Source of the DNA: an uncultured virus (IMG/VR IMGVR_UViG_3300025723_000028)
Taxonomy: Duplodnaviria; Heunggongvirae; Uroviricota; Caudoviricetes
Virus record (IMG/VR): IMGVR_UViG_3300025723_000028
Direction: 5' to 3' (one strand)
DNA length: 20,000 bases
The position numbers were made by a program, and so were the translations under genes. This document shows positions 13,515 through 20,000 of the stretch, piece after piece (within the stretch, counting starts at the first letter, position 1; every line of letters begins with the position of its first letter). The notes under the pieces are model-generated. The model was not told where the DNA came from. It ran no database searches and saw only the letters and a program-made list of their open reading frames with translations.

Positions 13515-15200
13515 CTATAAAATATTAACTATCTTGTTACCTATTCCTTGCGCTATAGATTGCGCTTGAGATAACAGATTTTTAGCGGATGAAATATCAG
13601 CCATTGTACCTAAACTATTAATTGATGGTAATTCATAAGTAGGCGGAGTAATAAGTGGCGAACCAATAACACGGTCTACCGCAGCGTCGACAGTAGCACG
13701 ATTTACAGTATTACTAAAGGCCGCAGCAGGTTGAATTCGCGAAATCAAACTACTTAACGAAAAGTCACTAAAATTAATACTAGATAACGATGCCTTTGCT
13801 AAACTGTCAATCCCAGATGTCAATGATCCCAAGCTGCTGGATAACCCCGAAGTTAATGATCCCAAGCTACTGGATAACCCTGAAGTTAAAGAACCTATAC
13901 TTGAACCTATTCCCGAAGTCAACGAATTTATACTTGATCCTATTCCTGAAGTAAGATCTGTACCTAATGATGCCAATGATCCTGCTCCACTAGCCCAAGT
14001 ACTGGCAATTTGAGTGCCATATTTGCTTCCTACTGCCATCAACGCACCAACATCTCCATTAACAGAAGAAGCTATACTAGATGTTAGACTGGATATAGAT
14101 CCTCCTGTTAGCCCAGTTGCTAATCCTGAAATTTGAGATATACTTGAATTTATTCCAGATGAAGTAAATCCAACAGCACCGGAAGATAGAGATGACAGTC
14201 CTGATGTGTAAGATGCAATTGCTGTAGACCCAAGATTTTGTATCGAAGAAGGTATAGCACCTATCGAAGTTGGGGTTAACCCCGAAAACAAACTATTAGT
14301 AGTACTTCCGCTAGTACCTAAGGTGTTTAAAAAAGTAGTTTGCAGAGCAGTTGCATCATTTGGCCCAGTTGCAAGTAAAGCTAAAATTGATGTAGATACT
14401 AACGTACCATTTGTACTATATATTTGTCCAGTACTAACACTTGGAGTGGTTACTGCCGGGGTAGGTGGTACAATTATTCCGGTAGAAACCAATTGATCAT
14501 AACTTTGCTGTAACAATTGTTCTTGAATTTGATTTTGTAATCCTTGATCATTTAAAATGTCATTAACACTGGTAACTCCATATAATCCTGTCCAAGGAGT
14601 AGGGGAGTTCATGAACGAAACAAAATTCGTGGGATTTTCCCCGGTATTTTCATTAATTGGACAATATAGTTGACTCATACCAGGTTTAATTAATCCTGCT
14701 TGTTCAAGTTGTGCGCAATTAAATCCATACATACCAATGCCTTTTTCTTGAGAAAATGTAGTAGGCGTATTGTTTGTTAATGAAGTCATTTGAGCCATAA
14801 GAGCTTGAGTTTGTTGAGACGATAACTGCCCGGCTTTCAATGATAAATTTACTGCACCAGTAGGAGTATTAGTAACTTGAATATAACTAGTTTGATCTAT
14901 TGGATTTTGTACTGGAACTACAGCTAATGCTGGGAGCGGTGCTACGATAGGCAATCCTGATATAATTGCCAATAGTGTTTTATCATCGACTCCAGCGGTT
15001 CCTCGTTGTAATCTTGTAATTCCAAAATTAGTCAATGCCTGCATAGGATGTGTTAACGTATCACCTTTATTATATCCAACAAAAGTTCCTGCGGCAACTT
15101 GAGAATAAAAAATATTATCTGCTTGCGTTTGTGTTGTTCCAGTAGGCGCAGTTAATTGAAACTGTGCCCCAGATGGTAAAGTATAGTTAAAGATTGCCAT
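13515..15200 (-). CDS. Tail/baseplate-associated protein with a degenerate lysozyme-like segment and Ser/Gly/Thr-rich repeats
   Basis: 561 aa ORF starting 2 nt after the spike gene stop (TAA-AC-ATG). The segment GIGMYGFNCAQLEQAGLIKPG...SPTPWTGLYGVTSVNDILNDQGLQNQIQ resembles lysozyme-fold domains with the G.YQF...L...G.IK...WTG..G..S...FL pattern. The C-terminal half is low-complexity. Function is inferred. Confidence 0.7.
   Translation of the reverse strand: MAIFNYTLPSGAQFQLTAPTGTTQTQADNIFYSQVAAGTFVGYNKGDTLTHPMQALTNFGITRLQRGTAGVDDKTLLAIISGLPIVAPLPALAVVPVQNPIDQTSYIQVTNTPTGAVNLSLKAGQLSSQQTQALMAQMTSLTNNTPTTFSQEKGIGMYGFNCAQLEQAGLIKPGMSQLYCPINENTGENPTNFVSFMNSPTPWTGLYGVTSVNDILNDQGLQNQIQEQLLQQSYDQLVSTGIIVPPTPAVTTPSVSTGQIYSTNGTLVSTSILALLATGPNDATALQTTFLNTLGTSGSTTNSLFSGLTPTSIGAIPSSIQNLGSTAIASYTSGLSSLSSGAVGFTSSGINSSISQISGLATGLTGGSISSLTSSIASSVNGDVGALMAVGSKYGTQIASTWASGAGSLASLGTDLTSGIGSSINSLTSGIGSSIGSLTSGLSSSLGSLTSGLSSSLGSLTSGIDSLAKASLSSINFSDFSLSSLISRIQPAAAFSNTVNRATVDAAVDRVIGSPLITPPTYELPSINSLGTMADISSAKNLLSQAQSIAQGIGNKIVNIL
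13801..13955 (-). repeat. 33-bp (11-aa) tandem repeat, 4 full units plus one partial, inside the 561-aa gene
   Basis: Plus-strand units begin at 13822 (aatgatcccaagctgctggataaccccgaagtt), 13855 (aatgatcccaagctactggataaccctgaagtt), 13888 and 13921. They encode LTSGIGSSINS/LTSGIGSSIGS/LTSGLSSSLGS/LTSGLSSSLGS/LTSGIDSL. Confidence 0.9.
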
Positions 15201-15202
15201 GT

Positions 15203-16726
15203 TTATGGTCCAGCATTTGTTTTAGTTATGGAAACGCCATCAGGAACAGTTGGGGCACCAGGAGGACTTGAGTTAGATCCATTACTTAAATTAACGTTAA
15301 CTTGTACTCCTTGATTGTGATAAGGCCACGGTTCATGCGATGGTGCTCTTGTAACAATGCTTTTTATGCCTGTAGATGATACAGTCCATCCAGTTGATGA
15401 ATCAAAACTGCTATCAGGCATTGTGTATTCTACCAATCCCGATGGTATAGGAACAGGCAGCGCAAACCCAGGATTAAAATCTATTCCTCCTGCTTGCAAT
15501 ATTAATGATCCGCCTCCGTTCCAGGAACCTATTTTACTATCGAATGCCAACGCTCCACTACTTTTAACGCCGATTGCTATTTGACTGAACAAAGACATTA
15601 ATCCTTTATTTGCACAAGTAAATGATCCTTCACTCTGCATAGTGGTTGATACATTACTTTTCATATTAATGTTTCCGCCTGCAAATACATTGAAATCTTT
15701 ATCAGCATGTAAATTTAATGTACCTTCTGTACGTAAATTAATAGAATTTGTAGAATAAACATCTAACGTGCCTTCTTGCCCAAATTCTAACCATACTTGC
15801 CCACTGGCATGTGCAATATAAAAACAATTACCGTCATCGCTCATTGTAATCTGATGGCCTTTGGCAGTACGTATACGTACCACTGAATTTTTTCCGCTTA
15901 CATCGCCGTCATCCATAACAAAAGTATGACCTCCTCTACGTCCAACAATATTAGCAGCATCTGGGGGAACAGAACCCGAAGAAACTTGTTGTTGAATAGT
16001 TGAATCTTGTAATCCACCTTGATATATAGGGCGACCAGGAGTACTAAACCCAACAGTTGTGCTTGGACTTTCGCGTTGACTCGACGATGTTATTGGCCCG
16101 CGAATAGGATCATTAACTATACCCTGTTGAAATAATGTAGAAGCAGCATAACTATGTACCGGTTTTGATTTATCGAAAAACTTAGAACTTTCAGTTATTT
16201 CAGTATTTTGATCTGCATTATTAATTTCAGTTACTGGTAATTGCGGACTATTGGCAAAATATGTAGACTGATTTGTATTTTGTGCAACAAATTGTGTCGC
16301 TGCTCCTAGGGCTGGTACCATATGATTTGTACCTTGAGTAGGCACAATACCTATCCAGTAACCTCCATTAGGATCTCCGGCAACAAATAGACATAATACC
16401 TTAGTACCTATGTCAGGAGATGTTATTGCTGCACCATAACTTTGTTGATTATTTGTAGAACCATATGTGCCTGGCCCAGCTGATGTACTTGTTTTTGGAG
16501 TAGCACCCCCTGATGGTTGTAAAGGAGAAACAGTTCTCCACAATGTTTTATTGGTTTTATCACCGCCAGAAAATTGTTCGATATAAACTTGTAGTCTACC
16601 TCCACGGGTAGAATCAACATTATTAACTACTTCGCCGATATAAGGACCAAATTCGACCGGCATATTTCCGCGGTCAGGTCTATAACCTTCAGATCTACCT
16701 GTAATTCTTGGTACATTAGTTGCCAT
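15203..16726 (-). CDS. Baseplate central spike / hub subunit, T4 gp5- / VgrG-like (OB-fold plus beta-helix, no lysozyme domain)
   Basis: OB-fold motifs GPYIGEVVNNVDSTRGGRLQVYI...PDIGTKVLCLFVAGDPNGGYWIG, then beta-helix-type GHTFVMDDGD...RIRTAKGHQITMSDDG...GTLDVYSTNSINLRTEGTLNLHADKDFNVFAGGNINM, and a C-terminal RAPSHEPWPYH. Start moved from 16735 to 16726 because AGGAG (16736-16740) lies 9 nt upstream of that ATG. Confidence 0.85.
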   Translation of the reverse strand: MATNVPRITGRSEGYRPDRGNMPVEFGPYIGEVVNNVDSTRGGRLQVYIEQFSGGDKTNKTLWRTVSPLQPSGGATPKTSTSAGPGTYGSTNNQQSYGAAITSPDIGTKVLCLFVAGDPNGGYWIGIVPTQGTNHMVPALGAATQFVAQNTNQSTYFANSPQLPVTEINNADQNTEITESSKFFDKSKPVHSYAASTLFQQGIVNDPIRGPITSSSQRESPSTTVGFSTPGRPIYQGGLQDSTIQQQVSSGSVPPDAANIVGRRGGHTFVMDDGDVSGKNSVVRIRTAKGHQITMSDDGNCFYIAHASGQVWLEFGQEGTLDVYSTNSINLRTEGTLNLHADKDFNVFAGGNINMKSNVSTTMQSEGSFTCANKGLMSLFSQIAIGVKSSGALAFDSKIGSWNGGGSLILQAGGIDFNPGFALPVPIPSGLVEYTMPDSSFDSSTGWTVSSTGIKSIVTRAPSHEPWPYHNQGVQVNVNLSNGSNSSPPGAPTVPDGVSITKTNAGP

Positions 16727-18701
16727 TGGCATCATCTCCTGCTGCTATTATTTGTGCGCTATTACTTGTTGTGTTATTTACGCTAGGTAAAAGAGTACGG
16801 TTCGCTCTTAATGATCCTGGGGTTACTGGTCTTGAATATAAAGGTGCGCTTTCAGCCGGAGCTGCTGACCCAACATCACTACCATTAGAGGATGGAGGAG
16901 ACGCTGGAGCTATTGGGCGTAATAGAGCGCCCACCGCAGCAGTAGTTTGTGTTGGTATTGTAGGTAATGCAGATTCAAATGACTTAACCTGTGCCATTAC
17001 GTCCATCTGTGCCTGTGTAGCTATGCCATGAGCTGGATCACCGGTTGCCAATGCTAAACTATTCATATTTCCAATTCCAGTTCTAACTCCACTTGGTACA
17101 GCAGTATCTGCATTAGTGCCATTGGGATTTAATATACCATCACCCCTATTACCTAAAATTGTATTATTGTTAGCTTCTCTTCCTACTACTGCGCTCAATT
17201 GATTTATATTTAAATTTTTAAGAGCATTACCTTTTAATTCTTGTTCAAATCTTCCTTTATTAAATGTACTTTTTACAGAAATAGCAGTGTATGCGGCACT
17301 GGCTTGAGTAGGAGTAGATGATAAATTATTATTTTTTACCGCCGATGACCCATTGACATTTATCAAGCCAGTGCCGCTATAAGGTCCGCTATCTCCATTG
17401 TCATAATCTGCAGGAGCATTAAAATTTACAGCAAATACTACCTGCTGTGTTTCTATACAAACTGATCCATCTTGATAAAATCCATTGAATCCGATATCAG
17501 CTGAAGTTATTCCTTTAGTTTCTCCTTGAACTAACCAAGCCGGATCTCCTAGAATTTTTAATGTAACTTCTCTTTGATCTGCAAAACTATACAAATAATC
17601 GGCACCAGTAGCAGTAGGAAAGTTAGCATCATTAGGCGAACCTTGTGTACTTCTTGCTGTTTGACCTGGGACATTTTTATTAGGACCAAAGTACCATCCG
17701 GATACTTTTGCGGCTAATTCATCATTTACTCCCTGTTTACCTTGATATTGTTCACGTTGACTCAATACATTTATATATTGATTGTTATATGATTGCTCGT
17801 AGCTTAAAACCTGTGTATTTTGCCCAGTAAACCAATAATCATATAATTTATGCACGCCACGAAATTGTGCGTTAGGGAAAAATTGACTTTCCATTTCATT
17901 AATAGCATATTCTGTTACAATATAAGTTATTTGATAAGGGTAATCGTGACGTTTAGTGTCTATTTTATCTCCATATGGAACCGCGTTAACTACAATATTG
18001 AACCATTTAGTGGTATTTGCATCGCTAACAGACGTGTTAGGCATGGCCTTAGCAGATGGATCCAGCTGATTTTGAGTGGCAATCAACTGATCAGTTATGA
18101 ATGTACTGTTTCTCACAATCATTTCTATACATTGTATAATTTGTGTACCTTGCACTATTGAAATATTTTTACCTTTCATATCTACAGTATTAGATTCAGA
18201 TAAAAGTTTTAATTTGGCAGTCAATGTTTGAGCTGACGATGTTTGTGCATAGGCAGTTGGTCCTTTCAAATCTATACTCGATGATGCTATTTTTGATGAA
18301 ACAAATTCTATGGCATATTTGTTAGGGTAATCGATTACTCCAGCAGTGACTAAACTTTCCTCATATGAATTCATTGCATCAGCGAGCCCAACATAAGAAT
18401 ACATAGTGCTACCTTGTGGGGCTGCACTGGCTTTTTCTGGACTTGAATACTGCAACGTAGTGTTGATTGGATATCTAGCTTCTAGTCTCGCTGCCTCGCT
18501 ACGACTTCCTTGTTCAAAATTAGTAATTACCGCTGAGCCTTGTGCCCCGCGTCCACGATTTCCTACAATAGCAGCCGTACGATTAGTCGACGCTAAATTA
18601 TAGTCGGGATTAGGCAATCCACCACCCCTACCCGCAGGCACTGCCCCTTCGGCTGCGGCTGCTTTTTGTGCCGCTATTTGTGCGCTTGATATTCCTGGCA
18701 T
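16716..18701 (-). CDS. Putative baseplate hub protein (gp27/VgrG/Mu gp44-like), C-terminal portion
   Basis: 661 aa ORF with a globular core (GLADAMN...GTQIIQCIEMIVRNS...GVHKLYDYWFTGQNTQVLSYEQSYN...VTLKILGDPAWL...YTAISVKSTFNKGRFEQEL) flanked by low-complexity ends. The last motifs fit the C-terminal barrel of hub proteins, and it lies immediately upstream of the spike gene, overlapping its start. Confidence 0.68.
   Translation of the reverse strand: MPGISSAQIAAQKAAAAEGAVPAGRGGGLPNPDYNLASTNRTAAIVGNRGRGAQGSAVITNFEQGSRSEAARLEARYPINTTLQYSSPEKASAAPQGSTMYSYVGLADAMNSYEESLVTAGVIDYPNKYAIEFVSSKIASSSIDLKGPTAYAQTSSAQTLTAKLKLLSESNTVDMKGKNISIVQGTQIIQCIEMIVRNSTFITDQLIATQNQLDPSAKAMPNTSVSDANTTKWFNIVVNAVPYGDKIDTKRHDYPYQITYIVTEYAINEMESQFFPNAQFRGVHKLYDYWFTGQNTQVLSYEQSYNNQYINVLSQREQYQGKQGVNDELAAKVSGWYFGPNKNVPGQTARSTQGSPNDANFPTATGADYLYSFADQREVTLKILGDPAWLVQGETKGITSADIGFNGFYQDGSVCIETQQVVFAVNFNAPADYDNGDSGPYSGTGLINVNGSSAVKNNNLSSTPTQASAAYTAISVKSTFNKGRFEQELKGNALKNLNINQLSAVVGREANNNTILGNRGDGILNPNGTNADTAVPSGVRTGIGNMNSLALATGDPAHGIATQAQMDVMAQVKSFESALPTIPTQTTAAVGALLRPIAPASPPSSNGSDVGSAAPAESAPLYSRPVTPGSLRANRTLLPSVNNTTSNSAQIIAAGDDANGN
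16736..16740 (-). promoter_or_regulatory. Shine-Dalgarno AGGAG for the spike gene
   Basis: AGGAG-ATGATGCCA-ATG(16726) with a 9 nt spacer. Confidence 0.55.
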
Positions 18702-18703
18702 AA

Positions 18704-19996
18704 TTATGTACCCCCAAACTCAGCAGGACCTACTTGCACAGGAGCGAGCCCTAAGAATGACCCAGCTGTAGTATTGGGATTAAGATTATTTGCACCTCCT
18801 GCATTTTCAGAACCGATTGGATCTGGAAATTTTTGTGCAGACCCATTCGTTTGATTTGGGGATGCAGAGCCCTGTGATTCTCTACCCGATCCAACAGGTT
18901 GTCCATTTTTATCCAAAGGTAAAATATTAATAGTACCATTACCTGATAATATTTGTTTTACAGTTTGCCCAGAAATTTCTATATTATATGGAAGACTTCC
19001 TGTTGCTGTCGATGTTGCATACTGAAATGGAGCAGGTGTCCCTGTAATTTGATATTCAACTAATTTATTAGCTACTTTGTAATGAAAAAATGTCATTACA
19101 AATGGATAGTATCTTGTAATTATTGAATTTGTGTTATTTGGAGCTGCACCAGGAGTTCCGTTATTTTTCGTAGGATCAGTTATTAAATTACCATTAATAT
19201 CCCATCCATAAAATTTTATAACTAGACAATAATGAGCACTATTAGGTGCAGCATCGGTATCCTGGTAAAAAGTTCTTACCGCATTATTAAGGTTGGGTAA
19301 TAGCGTTAATCCATTAGGTTCAAAAACTTTAAATGTAATAGATGTATTAGTCCCAGGCGCTTTACCGGCTAACTGAGTTTCTATTTCTAAATCGTCCAAA
19401 TAATAGTCAAGAGTAAAATAATTATTTCGATTAGGCATAGGAATCGTCGATGTTCCCTGTGAGGAATTACTTTTTTCTTGGCTTGCACCGCCGCTTTGAA
19501 CCAGTAAGGACCATTGACTAATGTCTAATTTAGAATTTGTATATGCAGTTGCTGCCTGTGCTGGCGTGAGTAAATACCACCCAATGTTATACGTATAGCT
19601 AGCATAATTATCTAGTAAATTAGATCTCGGAGTTATCAATCCAGCTGGTTGCGTACTTGCATTGATAGCAGCATTTGTGCCTGACGTTGTATTGACACTG
19701 TTGCTATTATCATCATTTGCAGATCCTGCACCTGTAGAATTAGATGCAGTTGGTCCATTGCCAACTATACCAGTTGCAGGAGTATCAGGTGTATTACCTA
19801 CCCCAGTTAAAGCCGCAGTTTGTGCGTTCAATCCAGCCGTCGATGCAATATTTTCAGCTTGTTGACTTGTTTTTCCTTGTGCAATTGCCTGATCATATGC
19901 TGCACCCTTAGCATCTGTACCGATGGTTCTAAAATCATATGTAGTAGTAGTTACACCGTTTACTGTTTTAACCGAAGTGGGAGCAATATAAGGCAT
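18704..19996 (-). CDS. Putative baseplate hub protein, N-terminal portion (true start may lie beyond the window)
   Basis: 430 aa ORF with a low-complexity N-terminus, then NLLDNYASYTYNIGWYLL...YYLDDLEIET...ITFKVFEPNGLTLL...LVIKFYGWD...YPFVMT...VEYQITG, consistent with a tube/hub-type beta-barrel. The frame is still open at the window edge (GCA precedes the ATG). Confidence 0.65.
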   Translation of the reverse strand: MPYIAPTSVKTVNGVTTTTYDFRTIGTDAKGAAYDQAIAQGKTSQQAENIASTAGLNAQTAALTGVGNTPDTPATGIVGNGPTASNSTGAGSANDDNSNSVNTTSGTNAAINASTQPAGLITPRSNLLDNYASYTYNIGWYLLTPAQAATAYTNSKLDISQWSLLVQSGGASQEKSNSSQGTSTIPMPNRNNYFTLDYYLDDLEIETQLAGKAPGTNTSITFKVFEPNGLTLLPNLNNAVRTFYQDTDAAPNSAHYCLVIKFYGWDINGNLITDPTKNNGTPGAAPNNTNSIITRYYPFVMTFFHYKVANKLVEYQITGTPAPFQYATSTATGSLPYNIEISGQTVKQILSGNGTINILPLDKNGQPVGSGRESQGSASPNQTNGSAQKFPDPIGSENAGGANNLNPNTTAGSFLGLAPVQVGPAEFGGT

Positions 19997-20000
19997 TGCC

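Noticed and set aside
13822..13953. 33-bp repeats as a CRISPR array
   Set aside because: The units are head-to-tail with no spacers, vary mainly at synonymous codon positions and are in frame within a CDS. No cas genes are present.
10460..19865. Short ORFs 10460-10675, 11796-11981, 15357-15584, 16423-16620, 16720-17031, 17850-18161, 18406-18603, 18751-18939, 19662-19865
   Set aside because: All are nested in long, well-supported minus-strand genes and have no independent coding signal.
9642..19996. Bacterial T6SS / eCIS locus (VgrG, TssE-like gp25)
   Set aside because: No TssF/G/K, TssJLM or eCIS ATPase genes are visible. The long gp6-like gene, the giant wedge protein and the T4-type late-promoter motif fit a myovirus better, although capsid genes are not in this window.

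Overview
AT-rich, almost gap-free window of a large myovirus (jumbo/T4-like) genome carrying the baseplate gene module, with every real gene on the minus strand. In transcription order (right to left): two ORFs that together look like one gp27/VgrG-type baseplate hub (18704-19996 and 16716-18701), a gp5/VgrG-type central spike lacking a lysozyme domain (15203-16726), a Ser/Gly/Thr-rich protein with a degenerate lysozyme-like segment and 11-aa repeats (13515-15200), a gp25-like wedge subunit (13126-13500), a gp6-like wedge protein (9642-13073), and a giant structural protein of at least 3214 aa (1-9642). The ORF track missed this last gene because it runs off the window; I read its frame codon by codon and found no stop. 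It is a mosaic with a cupredoxin-like domain nested inside a copy of itself, a duplicated 71-aa insert, a CBM5/12-like motif and an interrupted FG-GAP (integrin-alpha-like) propeller. Other points of interest are the -1 frame junction at a G5 run between the two hub ORFs and an ATAAATAC late-promoter-like motif only 6 nt from a start codon. I saw no RNA genes, CRISPR arrays, mobile elements or need for stop-codon recoding. Family assignments come from motif recognition and gene order, not from database searches.
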